A stretch of 64,000 nucleotides of DNA from Candidatus Woesearchaeota archaeon (GCA_046704725.1 JBJKRI010000005.1:209579-273578), one strand, 5' to 3'. Numbered from the stretch's first letter, positions 31,512 to 42,078 are shown. Notes: generated by a model not told the origin, from the sequence alone. Made by a program: numbers and translations.

Positions 31512-31689
31512 CTACACGCTCGAAACGGTGTGTCCCATCAATCTTCGAGCCCAAGCTCTGCAGAATGGACTGATTTGGGCGTCAAAACATATCAAAATGA
31601 TATGATTTGGAAATTCCCCAATATCAGTACGAAATCGACCCGGACCCCTGTCATAAGCTCTTAAATATCTGCTAAGGGAGTAACAGGAC

Positions 31690-33507
31690 ATGGATCAATA
31701 CAAGAAGCGGGTCAGCACTATTCTTCACGGAAAAGACCAGTATGGAGAAGTCCGCGACGAGTTCGAGGTGTTTTTCGATAGCTGGGAGAAGGTAGACAAA
31801 TGGATCCGCGAAGAGAAGATTTCGCTGGAGGAAGCTACTGAGCTATACAGCTACTGCTACGCGGAAACGCAAAATGCTCACTTCTTGTTCCTCAAATTCA
31901 TCCTCGAACTCGACAATAATCCTCAGTCTTCTTCGGAACTTGCTTCGCAATTGCTCGCGGACGGACTGGTCCCTCGACCGTACGATGTGAGAGTCGCTCT
32001 GCCGAAAATGCGCAAGGTAGTGCGCGACTTCTTGCTTTCCGGCAACACCTTAGCGGCGAGCTCCCTCATGCAGTATTACTGGTTCCTGCGCAATGATGCC
32101 GAGAACTTCGCTCACGAGCGGTTCACGGAAACAGAGATCCGCCTATTGGAACTGTACAATAGCAAGGTTACACATGAATCGCGACTGCCAGTACCTGCGC
32201 GCCAGGCAACTCCACGTGAGGCAATCGGCGACGACTCACATCTAAGCGCATTCTGCACCTTACCAAAGAAATACCGACCCATGATGCTCAAACATCACTC
32301 GAATCGGATTCTCATCGGCGGATATTCCGGTGCGGTCGCAATGGTTGATGCTGCTTCTGCAGATGTCGTCATGAAGGATGGCGTGTCATACGGCGTAGCG
32401 GATATTGGGGTGTTGCAAGAAGCGTTCGTCGTCCTGTCCCATAGCAATAGAAAGGGAAGCTACAACACTCAGGTATCAGCATATTCCTTGGTTGATGGCG
32501 AGAAACTGTGGCATCACAACATTCCTGGTAAGCGGACAGAATCATTACTGATCTGCGAGAACTCGCTCCTCGTTGCTGCGTGGGACGACGAAGAGGCTTT
32601 GGTATACCGGATTGACCCATCTGGATCCATATTATGGAAGGCGATGTTTCCGACTCGCAACGCGTACGGAGCGCTTACTTTGCGTCCCTTTGAACAGCAG
32701 CTTCTTATCGGAACTGGTCTGGGGTGGCTGTATAGTTTAGACTATGAGGGCCACGTGTTATGGGAAGTAGATCTTCGTCCTCGAAAGGCTGACTACCGAA
32801 GATCAAAGACTGCTTCCGTTTTCCTGAATTGTATGAGAGTAGCCGTTGAACGAGATGGATTCTTCTTCGTGGCCAGTCACAACAAGATCTGGAAGATAGC
32901 TGCGGATGGATCAGTGAAGGATAAATTTGTCATCGATGCAAAGGAGTTGGGTATTGAAATTCCGAGCCTCTCGATGACCATCGACGAGAACGGAGTGGCG
33001 CAGGGAGAGGGTGACGATGCTTCTTGGGTCGAACATGTGAGTGACTTGCAGCTCGTCGGCAATACGCTTATTGCGAGCTTGTCAGGCGTAATTCTCCATC
33101 TATCCGTCGATCTCGAAGTAGTACTGATGCGCGAACAAAACAATTCGCACATCATACTCGGTGAAGGCGCCTCGGGAATGTACTGGCAAGACTTTCGTCG
33201 AGAGCTGAACGAAAGGAATCCCTACCAGAGTTACACGTTCCTGCAGGTCATGCGACCTGACGATGAAGGACCGAAGATAGATTTCAAAGAATACGTTCTT
33301 CCCCAAGACATCCGGATTACCGAAGAGCGAGTTTATGCCCTGTATACACGTCGTATCGACTCGTGCCGAGTACTGGATGCTTTCGATTCCCACACGGGAG
33401 AGCGGCTCTGGTCGCAAGAAATTGGCGACCGTAAGGCGTTGCTCTCATGGGACGGAAACTTTGGTGTGGTTGCAGTCGAGAACGAGCTATTTCGCGTTAT
33501 TGAGTAG
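31690..33507 (+). CDS. PQQ/WD40-like beta-propeller protein with helical N-terminal domain
   Basis: repeated GEKLW, GSILW, GHVLW, GERLW blade motifs. Confidence 0.7.
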   Translation: MDQYKKRVSTILHGKDQYGEVRDEFEVFFDSWEKVDKWIREEKISLEEATELYSYCYAETQNAHFLFLKFILELDNNPQSSSELASQLLADGLVPRPYDVRVALPKMRKVVRDFLLSGNTLAASSLMQYYWFLRNDAENFAHERFTETEIRLLELYNSKVTHESRLPVPARQATPREAIGDDSHLSAFCTLPKKYRPMMLKHHSNRILIGGYSGAVAMVDAASADVVMKDGVSYGVADIGVLQEAFVVLSHSNRKGSYNTQVSAYSLVDGEKLWHHNIPGKRTESLLICENSLLVAAWDDEEALVYRIDPSGSILWKAMFPTRNAYGALTLRPFEQQLLIGTGLGWLYSLDYEGHVLWEVDLRPRKADYRRSKTASVFLNCMRVAVERDGFFFVASHNKIWKIAADGSVKDKFVIDAKELGIEIPSLSMTIDENGVAQGEGDDASWVEHVSDLQLVGNTLIASLSGVILHLSVDLEVVLMREQNNSHIILGEGASGMYWQDFRRELNERNPYQSYTFLQVMRPDDEGPKIDFKEYVLPQDIRITEERVYALYTRRIDSCRVLDAFDSHTGERLWSQEIGDRKALLSWDGNFGVVAVENELFRVIE

Positions 33508-33538
33508 CATATAAAAACTCGACCTCGTAAAAAGCCCC

Positions 33539-36500
33539 ATGGAGCTCAACGAGGGTCAACAGCGCGCGGTCACGACCAATACTGGTAATCAGCTGATCCT
33601 CGCCGGTGCGGGCACAGGCAAGACCCTTACGATCGTCGAAAAGGTCGCTCACCTGCTCTCCACCGATGTTCCACCAGCCCATATCCTCTGCTTAACCTTC
33701 TCCAACGAGGCCGCGCGGGAGATGCGCGACCGGATCCATCACCGGACCGGACAGGCAGGGGTTCATGTCAGCACATTTCACTCATTCTGCTTTGACGTGG
33801 TGAAGCGCTTCTACCGGGAGATAGGCTACCAGAGCGAGCCGGGGCTCATGTCGACGGAGGAGATTGCCGTGCTGCTGTTCAAGGAGCTGGGATGCACAGC
33901 GTACAGGGCCGACCTTTACGCGAAGAGTATCCTGAATGCCAAGGACAAGCATCTCCGTAAGGAAGATTATCAGAACTATCTTGCTGAGCTCAAGGAGCGG
34001 CTTGGCGATGGGGATCCGGCGCAAATCGCCCGTACTTGCCGCGACACGCTTCGTGCCTACCAGGAATTGAGCGCCCAAGAGCAGCGGGAGCAAAGAGACG
34101 ACAGGAAAGACGCAAAAGAGCGTCTCGACCTGTGCGATGAGATTCTGGAGTACGAGGAGATGCTCAAGGGATGGGATCTCCTCGACGGTTACTTACGGGA
34201 AAAGAACCTTATCGACTATCCGGACATGCTCGGACACGCGATTCACCTGCTGCGGGCGCATGGCGCAGATGCTCTACCTGACAGCATCACCCACCTCATT
34301 ATCGACGAGTACCAGGATACGAGTCGCATCCAGTTCGAGATTCTCAAGGAACTCGCTAACGGCGTTGAGCACGTATCAGCAGTCGGAGACCAGAACCAAT
34401 CCATCTATGCTTTCCGAGGCGCCTACACAGACACTGTAGGAGCGTTCCAGACAGAGTTTACCGTGGAAGAACCCATTCCACTTGACAAGAGCTTCCGCAG
34501 CACAGGACACATCTTGAACGTCGCTCATGCACTGATCTGCCACAACTATGCAGATCCCGCGAGCTGCCTTCTTGTGCAGCCGCACGACGGAAACGCAGGG
34601 GAGCCAGTCACGTTCAAGGAGTTCCCCACAGGATTCGATGAGGCGGACTGGACCGCGAGGAAGATCCTGGAGCGGAATGCAGGAGGTGTGCCTTTCGACG
34701 ACATTGCTATCCTGGTACGCAGCCATCACCAAGCAAAGGCGTTCGTAGATGCGCTGCAGCGCTATGACGTTCCCTTCGAAGCAACAAGCGCGACCAGTCT
34801 GTTCGAGACCCGTGAGACAAAGGTCGTCCTGACATACCTCTCTCTCATCAGCACACTTGAGAGCCCCGCGCCGATCGCCGATCAAGCATGGTGGAGGCTG
34901 TTCCACTTCTCGCAGCACATGTCCGCATCGGACCGGGCACGACTCGGATTATACGTCAAGGAGAGGAAAAAGTCGCTGCACGAAGTCCTGACGAGCGATG
35001 AGGAGCTACCCCTCAGCGAGCACGGAAAAGAGACCGTCGCACGTGTCAAGAAAATCCTGGATGAGCTCTCAGAAATGCGAAGCCTCGATGTACTCGACAT
35101 CGTAGCCGCTATAGTTGAGCGTACCGGGCTCAACCGGTGGCACGCAAAGAATCGAGAAGGCATGCTGCATATCCGTGACTTGCTGCTGTTCGTAGAGCAA
35201 TTCCAAGAGAAACACAGCCGTGACCTGACTGACTTCCTGTCGCACATCGAGATCCTCCAACAGGTCAAACAGAACCCCGACCTCACAACCTTGCGAATCC
35301 CGAACGCAGTACAGATCATGACGATCCACGCTGCGAAGGGCCTTGAATTTCACACGGTGTTCCTGACAAACCTCTCTCGCGACCGCTTTCCCATCACCCG
35401 GGCTGGCAAGAGCCTGCTGATACCCGACATGCTGAACGAAGAGCTCGCAGACCTCTTTGCGGAAGAGGATGATCCGAAGCGACGGGAGAAGGCCATCAAG
35501 GAGCGCAATCGAGAGCTCAGGCTCGCAGAGGAACGAAGACTGTGTTACGTGGCGATCACACGCGCCAAGCGCCGGCTATTCCTCACCAGAGCAGAGAGCT
35601 ATCAAGACAAAGAGAAAGGCGTTTCGCAGTTCCTGCACGACATAGGATACCCCTTCGAAGATGCTTCTGACATTGTTGTGGACGAGTCAGAGCATGAAAC
35701 CCCTGCCCCGGCAGAAGGTAGTGCCGCGGAAGTCGTTAATAGGCTCAAAGACCAGATAGGAGAGAAGCTCAGCCTCAATGATGTGACAGGAGCCATGGAG
35801 ACCTTCGGAGTTCTCTATGGAATGCTGCAGAAGCGCAAGGACGTGGTTGAGGACTTGAGGCGAGCTGCAAATGAAGCTGATCCATCAGCCATTCTCGACG
35901 AGAGCATTGAGGAGGTCGCGAAGGCCATTGACCGCCATATACGCTTCTCGGTAAGCAGCATCAAGACCTATGCTGATTGTCCCAAGCAGTACGAGCTCAA
36001 GCATGTGCTCCAGATGCCGGATCTTACGCGGTCGGAGGGCGATGCCGCATCTGTGGGTAGCTTCCTGCACGAAGTCTTCGAGGAAGCGGCGAAAAGGAAG
36101 ATCGGCTCACGTGAGGAGCTCCAGAGCGTGGCTGTTGAGGTCTTACCGGAGTACGAAGGTATTGAGCTATCTGACTGCGAAGAAATGCTGGACGTGTTCT
36201 GGGAGCGACACGGAGCGGTTCTGAGCGACGTCCAGAGCACAGAGGAATATTTCATCATAGAAGAAGACGGAAGACAGTTCAGCGGGCGTATAGACCGTAT
36301 AGATAGGACTGGTGATGGGCTCGAAGTCATCGACTACAAGACCGGAAAGTACGAGCCCGACGCACGGGAGCGCGCCTGGCAGCTTGGTCTATACGCCAAG
36401 GCAGTAGAGAAGCTGAAAGGAGAGAAGCCGCGCTTCCTCACGCTCGAGCTGCTTCAACACGAGAAGCCCCGGCGCTTCGAGCTACAGGGCGATGGCAAAT

Positions 36501-36664
36501 ACAAGATGCCGCGCATCGAGATCGACACGGATGCCGCGTTCACAGAGCTGCAAGAGTACGCCAAACAGATCCAAGAAGGCTTGGTGAAGGGGTTTGAGCC
36601 CAGCAAAGATGACGGGCCGTGCGAACGCTGCGGCTACCGATTCTTCTGCCCGAAGTGGGGCTGA
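33539..36664 (+). CDS. UvrD/PcrA helicase fused to a PD-(D/E)xK nuclease with Fe-S-type Cys motif
   Basis: AGAGTGKT, DEYQD, GDQNQSIY.FRG, TIHAAKGLEF, EERRLCYVA.TRAK; CPKQY...GRIDRID...DYKTG...CERC....C. Confidence 0.92.
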   Translation: MELNEGQQRAVTTNTGNQLILAGAGTGKTLTIVEKVAHLLSTDVPPAHILCLTFSNEAAREMRDRIHHRTGQAGVHVSTFHSFCFDVVKRFYREIGYQSEPGLMSTEEIAVLLFKELGCTAYRADLYAKSILNAKDKHLRKEDYQNYLAELKERLGDGDPAQIARTCRDTLRAYQELSAQEQREQRDDRKDAKERLDLCDEILEYEEMLKGWDLLDGYLREKNLIDYPDMLGHAIHLLRAHGADALPDSITHLIIDEYQDTSRIQFEILKELANGVEHVSAVGDQNQSIYAFRGAYTDTVGAFQTEFTVEEPIPLDKSFRSTGHILNVAHALICHNYADPASCLLVQPHDGNAGEPVTFKEFPTGFDEADWTARKILERNAGGVPFDDIAILVRSHHQAKAFVDALQRYDVPFEATSATSLFETRETKVVLTYLSLISTLESPAPIADQAWWRLFHFSQHMSASDRARLGLYVKERKKSLHEVLTSDEELPLSEHGKETVARVKKILDELSEMRSLDVLDIVAAIVERTGLNRWHAKNREGMLHIRDLLLFVEQFQEKHSRDLTDFLSHIEILQQVKQNPDLTTLRIPNAVQIMTIHAAKGLEFHTVFLTNLSRDRFPITRAGKSLLIPDMLNEELADLFAEEDDPKRREKAIKERNRELRLAEERRLCYVAITRAKRRLFLTRAESYQDKEKGVSQFLHDIGYPFEDASDIVVDESEHETPAPAEGSAAEVVNRLKDQIGEKLSLNDVTGAMETFGVLYGMLQKRKDVVEDLRRAANEADPSAILDESIEEVAKAIDRHIRFSVSSIKTYADCPKQYELKHVLQMPDLTRSEGDAASVGSFLHEVFEEAAKRKIGSREELQSVAVEVLPEYEGIELSDCEEMLDVFWERHGAVLSDVQSTEEYFIIEEDGRQFSGRIDRIDRTGDGLEVIDYKTGKYEPDARERAWQLGLYAKAVEKLKGEKPRFLTLELLQHEKPRRFELQGDGKYKMPRIEIDTDAAFTELQEYAKQIQEGLVKGFEPSKDDGPCERCGYRFFCPKWG

Positions 36665-36741
36665 GACCGAGGCGTAATTTACCTGTAAAAGGAGCCCCTG
36701 TAAAACAAAGATTTATAACGGGGATACTTAGGTAAGTAAAC

Positions 36742-37017
36742 GTGGCCAAGACTTTTATGATCAAAAAGGAGGTGAACGCATTCCGTTGCTTGCGTTGTGG
36801 TCATGAGTGGATACCACGGGTGAGTATGGAAGAGCTGGTGGGGACTGTCAAGAACAAGCCGCGCACCTGCCCCAACTGTAAAAGTGCCTACTGGGATTTG
36901 CCGAAACAAAATCCAGATAACCGAAACTATGAATCAACTAACTCGACAAAATTCGGTTCTGAGCAACGAGGACTTAACAACAATAAGAATGGCCGAGTCA
37001 AGAGAGAAGCATCATGA
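36742..37017 (+). CDS. small zinc-finger protein
   Basis: CLRCGHEWIPR...CPNCKSAYW; ATGA overlap with the MTase. Confidence 0.75.
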   Translation: MAKTFMIKKEVNAFRCLRCGHEWIPRVSMEELVGTVKNKPRTCPNCKSAYWDLPKQNPDNRNYESTNSTKFGSEQRGLNNNKNGRVKREAS

Positions 37018-38642
37018 AGTTAATGAAGAATGCCAGTAAAGAAAAATTACGGGGTGGGTTCTACACTCCGGAGCCTATCGCAAGATTTGTGCTTAGATGG
37101 GCAGTAAACGGCAACAGACATTATGATATTCTTGAACCAAGCTGCGGAGACGGCGTTTTTCTCGAACAAATTAAGGAGAGTTGCTTCGAGTATAACTCAG
37201 TTACTGCCGTTGAACTCATTGACGCAGAAGCAGAAAAAGCAAGGAAGATAGGTTTACCGGACACAAAGGTGCTTTCTGGCGATTTTTTTTCTTTCTGTAA
37301 TAAGTCACAAGAGAAATACGATCTCATAATCGGAAACCCGCCTTACATTCGCTACCAATATTTTGACAAGGAGCAGAGAGAGGAGGCTATGCAGGTCTTC
37401 GCTCGTGCAGGTCTGAGATACAGCAAACTCACGAACGCATGGGTAAGCTTCGTGGTGGGCTCAACTCTCTTGCTTAAAGATAAGGGCAAAATAGGTTTTG
37501 TGCTGCCTGCCGAGATTCTTCAAGTGGGATATGCTAAACAGTTAAGGAACTATCTTGCTCATCAATACAACAAGATCAATATTGTTAGTTTTAGGAAGCT
37601 TGTCTTCCCCGAGGCGCAGCAAGAGGTCATTTTGCTGTTGTGCGAAAGGAATGGCTCAGGAAGTCACAACATTGAGCATTTGGAATTGGACGATGCTAAC
37701 GATCTTCAGGATTTGGATGTGGAGAATCTGAAAAGTCCCAAGAAAAGAATTGATTTTCGAAGTAACAAATGGACCTTTTACTTCTTGGACCAAGAAGAGA
37801 TTGATTTTATTGAAGAGCTTCTCCATCAGAAGACCATCAAACCGATGAAAGCCTACGCGCGCGTGGAGGTGGGAATGACCACTGGCAGCAACAAGTTTTT
37901 CACAGTGGATCAAGACACGGTTGAACAGTACGGTCTCAAGACACATGCTAAGCCCATGGTCGGCAGAAGCGTGCAGGTATCGAGTGTTATTTTCAATCAC
38001 CAAGACTGGATGGAAAACGTTGAAAATGGTGCACGAGCGTTCTTTCTATTGTTCCCTCCCAAAGAGAAATTATCTGCGAAAGCTCTCGAGTATCTCAAAT
38101 TTGGAGAAGAAAACTCTGTACATGAATACTACAAGTGCCGTATACGAGACGAGTGGCATGTGGTTCCCAGCGCTTGGGTGAGTGATGCCCTATTCATTAG
38201 GCGGAATAACATCTATCCTCGCCTGATTGTGAATGCTGCTGATGCCTACACCACGGATACGATGCATCGAGTCACCTTGAACAAAGACAGCTTACTCGAT
38301 GGCAAGAAGATCGATATTGCCGCTCTGGTGTCCAGTTACTACAACAGCCTTTCTTTTGCGCTTGCTGAAATTAGTGGTAGGAGCCATGGCGGTGGAGTAT
38401 TGGAACTGATGCCCAGCGAAGCGGAAAGCATCCTCGTTCCTTATGATGAGCGGAACGCGGATCTTTTAGGTGAAATAGATGGTATGCTGAGAAAGGGGAA
38501 GGATATTGACGAGATTCTGCAGATCACCGATGAGATTATCCTGAGAGATCGAGCGGGATTGTCAGAAAAACAGATTCAGATGGCTAATCGCATTTGGAAA
38601 AAGCTTTTGAATAGACGGTTGGGTCGAAACAGCAGCTATTAG
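37014..38642 (+). CDS. N6-adenine DNA methyltransferase (gamma class, Eco57I/TaqI-like)
   Basis: GGFYTP, LEPSCGDG.F, GNPPY, GRSHGGGVLEL. Confidence 0.92.
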   Translation: MKLMKNASKEKLRGGFYTPEPIARFVLRWAVNGNRHYDILEPSCGDGVFLEQIKESCFEYNSVTAVELIDAEAEKARKIGLPDTKVLSGDFFSFCNKSQEKYDLIIGNPPYIRYQYFDKEQREEAMQVFARAGLRYSKLTNAWVSFVVGSTLLLKDKGKIGFVLPAEILQVGYAKQLRNYLAHQYNKINIVSFRKLVFPEAQQEVILLLCERNGSGSHNIEHLELDDANDLQDLDVENLKSPKKRIDFRSNKWTFYFLDQEEIDFIEELLHQKTIKPMKAYARVEVGMTTGSNKFFTVDQDTVEQYGLKTHAKPMVGRSVQVSSVIFNHQDWMENVENGARAFFLLFPPKEKLSAKALEYLKFGEENSVHEYYKCRIRDEWHVVPSAWVSDALFIRRNNIYPRLIVNAADAYTTDTMHRVTLNKDSLLDGKKIDIAALVSSYYNSLSFALAEISGRSHGGGVLELMPSEAESILVPYDERNADLLGEIDGMLRKGKDIDEILQITDEIILRDRAGLSEKQIQMANRIWKKLLNRRLGRNSSY

Positions 38643-38658
38643 ATCTTCTTGCCAGTAC

Positions 38659-39837
38659 TCAGGCAATATCTATGAAGAATGGTTCTTCTTCGCCTTCTGG
38701 GGGCGCGTATAGGTTCAGAGTTTTGCCCAACAAGTCGCGCTCTCGGATTTTTTCTGAAATTTTACCCCATCTGATGAATGTGGTAAAATTGCCCTGGCCA
38801 GCTTCTCCAGTAGGCTTGTGTCCGATTTCGAGATCATGTTCCCCTATATCCTCTCCCAATAATCGTATCCTGAAAGCCATGTGGGTTGATTCTACCAAGG
38901 GGTTTCTTCGCACAACTGACCATGACCCGTTACCGAACAGTTCGTATCGGAAGTACTTGGTCTGGTCGATTACTTTGTTGTTCATTTTGAATCGGGCCTG
39001 CGTGAGTCGTAGCTGACCGGTAACATGAGTGGTCTCTGTTCCTGTGTGAATTACATCAGATTGCGGAAGATTTTGCTTTTTCCAAAGGAGTCTTCCCTTT
39101 CTTCCCCAAACTATTCCGCTGTCTTCTTGAGTCTGGTCCGGATGAGGACGCTTCCTCTGAACAGGTTGCTGACGCGAAGATATGGCAGGAAAGAGAATAT
39201 CAATTCTGCGCGCTGCAGCGTTGGTTACACCACTGCGTTCTTGTCTCTTAACACTGTGGAGTCTTCTACGTTCTCTTTCCGTCGGAATTATGCGCGCATC
39301 TCGGAGCTCTTCGATAAGATCTCCAGTAAGGCGCTGGACGTTGGCATCTTCTCCACTCAGCATCGATGCATAGTATTGCCTAATCTGACGTATTAGAGTG
39401 TGGCCCTGTTCGTCCTCTTCTCCATCTACATAAATGACAGTTGATGCTTCCAAGTTCCTAAAGAGGCCTCCACCTGTAAGATTGGAGCTGCCAACGATCG
39501 CGAGACATTCGCTCTCCCCCTCCAATAAGTAAATTTTTGGGTGAAAAGTAACTGGTGATTTAGTGTAGTATACGGTTGTGCCAATATCCAGCTCCAAAAG
39601 CATCTGCAACGCTTCTTGAGAAGTTCCCTGGTGGTCTACACCTACGAAAACATTCCATTCGTGGATGTGGCGTTTTGATTGAATGATAGCTTCCTTTATA
39701 CTTGAGATTCCTGCCGTTGCAGCGAACGCTATAAATGCTGTAAACTTACTATACCTCGCGTCTTGAAGAGCCTCCAGCAATTTGCTTCCTGCGGAAGACT
39801 CTCCTTGTAGTCCTTGACCTAAAAACTCAATTCTCAT
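38659..39837 (-). CDS. phospholipase D-family restriction endonuclease
   Basis: AFA...G, FHPKIY...VGSSNLT..G...N.E; convergent with the MTase. Confidence 0.85.
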   Translation of the reverse strand: MRIEFLGQGLQGESSAGSKLLEALQDARYSKFTAFIAFAATAGISSIKEAIIQSKRHIHEWNVFVGVDHQGTSQEALQMLLELDIGTTVYYTKSPVTFHPKIYLLEGESECLAIVGSSNLTGGGLFRNLEASTVIYVDGEEDEQGHTLIRQIRQYYASMLSGEDANVQRLTGDLIEELRDARIIPTERERRRLHSVKRQERSGVTNAAARRIDILFPAISSRQQPVQRKRPHPDQTQEDSGIVWGRKGRLLWKKQNLPQSDVIHTGTETTHVTGQLRLTQARFKMNNKVIDQTKYFRYELFGNGSWSVVRRNPLVESTHMAFRIRLLGEDIGEHDLEIGHKPTGEAGQGNFTTFIRWGKISEKIRERDLLGKTLNLYAPPEGEEEPFFIDIA

Positions 39838-39892
39838 CTCTTAAACCGCAAATCATCAATTCCTGTTAATAAACTGACCCCCTTCCCAGGGT

Positions 39893-40810
39893 CTACTTAC
39901 TATTCCGCTCATAGCTCTGCTGTATCAAGGTCAGCAGGTAGGGCAGATCCTCTCGCTTGTTGAGGTGGACCTCGTAGTCGCCGTTGCCCCAATGACCTGT
40001 TTCAGACACGTCCTTGGCTATGCCTTTCGGATCGTCAAGTGAGCCTTTGGGCATGTTGATGAAGATCTTGAGCCTGATCGTCTGTATCTCCACGTCCACG
40101 AAGTTCGTCTTGCGCTTGAACGCCATGTAGAGTTTCGTCGGCTTGGTCCGGATGTCGTCGCCAAGATCCATGATCCGGCTCTTGAGCTCCTCGTAGAGTG
40201 ATTGCAGCTCCGCTGTTCCTTTCTGGACGAGTTCCTCTTCGGTGTAGACCCGCACCTCCTTGCTGACGTTGCGGACAACGTCGCTTTTGGAGCTGAATGC
40301 CTTGATGGATTCGCGAGCCCCTGCAGCCTGGATCCGGTTGAACGCCCAGGTGTCTTTACCGTACTTCTGCACTTCCCACAGCTCAATTGGGAGGTCTCGG
40401 ATCTCTATCGCCTTGAGCTGGTAGGTCGTGTAGCCAGGGCAGACGAAGAGCACCTTGGATTGGGACCAGTCGATGTTCTTTCGGTCGATTTTCTTTCCTG
40501 TGCGCTCAAGGTACTCCATGACGAAGTCAGCCTTGTTGTTGAGCATGAGGTTGAGGTAGGAGAAACCCTGATCGATGACGCTGAGGTTCTTCTCGCGCTT
40601 GTACTCGACGATCACGAAAGAGTTCGTCTCGGCGTCGTAAGCGAGCGTGTCGATCCGTAGACCGTCAAGGGCCAGCTCGCTGCAGACGAACTCCAGACCG
40701 AAGATTTTGCCAAGGTTTCCCTCGACAAGAGACTGCAGCTCTTTTTCCAGTTGGAACCCGGACTCGCTGATCTGTTCCAGTTTAGCGTTGGATTGTCGGA
40801 AGAGTTGCAT
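39893..40810 (-). CDS. NucS-like nuclease domain + DUF5655 domain protein
   Basis: LEKELQ, RIDTLA...VIVEYK; C-terminal KLYMAFK...DVS..GHWGNGD. Confidence 0.8.
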   Translation of the reverse strand: MQLFRQSNAKLEQISESGFQLEKELQSLVEGNLGKIFGLEFVCSELALDGLRIDTLAYDAETNSFVIVEYKREKNLSVIDQGFSYLNLMLNNKADFVMEYLERTGKKIDRKNIDWSQSKVLFVCPGYTTYQLKAIEIRDLPIELWEVQKYGKDTWAFNRIQAAGARESIKAFSSKSDVVRNVSKEVRVYTEEELVQKGTAELQSLYEELKSRIMDLGDDIRTKPTKLYMAFKRKTNFVDVEIQTIRLKIFINMPKGSLDDPKGIAKDVSETGHWGNGDYEVHLNKREDLPYLLTLIQQSYERNSK

Positions 40811-41112
40811 GCACTCGTACCAGCGCAGGAAGTATTTAAATGACTCTCCATGTGAGGAAAACATGCATAAAATGCGAATCCGAGCGGTTTTGCAGAATTT
40901 AAGGGTGTGACGACGCTAAAAGTGGCTTATAATCTTGTTCACCCCGCATAGTATGTAAGCGGTACTTTTGGTCCGAATAGCCGGCGGAAACAGCACATTC
41001 TCATTTTCGATAGAATTTTTTACTCCGCCGGCAAAATCTCCATGCTGCTACTGTGTTGGGACCTCTACTGCGTCCTCTCCTTCGGTTCTGAGTAAGGCAC
41101 CAAATGGAAAAC

Positions 41113-42078
41113 TCAGCCAAAATAGTCGGGCTTTGAGGAGTGCTCTTCGTCATCGTCATGGCGAATAAAGCCATTGAACCAATCCTTCGTCTGGGGCCAG
41201 CGATCCGTGGCTACCTCAAGGAATGTTTTGAACATTCCAGCCAGCTCCTCGTGAAACATTGCCAGCTCCGGAAGGGTCGGTCCAAGCGGGTTGTCCAGCT
41301 CTGCGTTCAAATATCGCTCAAAGGTAGCAGCGTCCGAATACCCCGTAATCATGTGATGAAATTCTCTGTGGACCTCGTTTGACTTATCCCACCGGACACG
41401 GAGCTTGCCGTCCTGAGTAGAAAATACCTTGACATCGCCCAGTCGCGTTAGAATTACTTCACCCTCAGGCGGGTTCTCCACCGCATATTCCAGTTTTTGG
41501 ATGTGGATAACTGCTCTGGGCTTGATGATCTTAACGTGAAGATCATTCTCTATGCGGCTGATTGTTCGCAGGAGCCAACGATAGAAATTTTCCTTTGCTT
41601 CATCCTCCGTGGTGCCTTTGAAGGATTTCCCGGACATGACCACATCCAGTCTGCGGGTCCCGTAGCACTCCACCCTGATGCCATTGTCGATGTATTGGAA
41701 CGCTACCGGATTGAACTTCTTTTGAGCATAGTATATTGAAATCGATGCGCGGACCGCATGAAGCGCAATCAATCCGGACTTGCGCGGTTGCGGGGCCCGG
41801 GAGGTCTCGGGGGGTGCAACTACGGGGTCAACCTCATACCCCATTTTCCGGAGATTACCTCTATGCTTGTTGGCTCCTTGGCGCGTAATTCCGCAGCGAT
41901 CGTGGATCTGCTGGTCCGAGAGCCCTTCGCGTATGTAACCGAGCATCTCTGCCTGTCTTGCAGTCAGGGGCTTGTTCTTGCGCGTCTCATCAACTGTTTC
42001 TACCCTCCTACCCCCACGCGAAGCAACCTTTTTCCCCGCCCTCTTGGTTGCGCCTGCAACCTTCTTCTTGCGGCTCAT
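41113..42078 (-). CDS. HTH-containing protein, putative replication initiator of the element
   Basis: LTARQAEML...GLS..QI...GITRQGA.KH HTH, then an unassigned domain ending KPDYFG; last gene of the RHH chain. Confidence 0.55.
   Translation of the reverse strand: MSRKKKVAGATKRAGKKVASRGGRRVETVDETRKNKPLTARQAEMLGYIREGLSDQQIHDRCGITRQGANKHRGNLRKMGYEVDPVVAPPETSRAPQPRKSGLIALHAVRASISIYYAQKKFNPVAFQYIDNGIRVECYGTRRLDVVMSGKSFKGTTEDEAKENFYRWLLRTISRIENDLHVKIIKPRAVIHIQKLEYAVENPPEGEVILTRLGDVKVFSTQDGKLRVRWDKSNEVHREFHHMITGYSDAATFERYLNAELDNPLGPTLPELAMFHEELAGMFKTFLEVATDRWPQTKDWFNGFIRHDDDEEHSSKPDYFG

Noticed and set aside
35940-36664. Cas4-like domain suggesting CRISPR-Cas
   Set aside because: It is fused to UvrD; no cas1/cas2 and no repeat-spacer array seen in the window.
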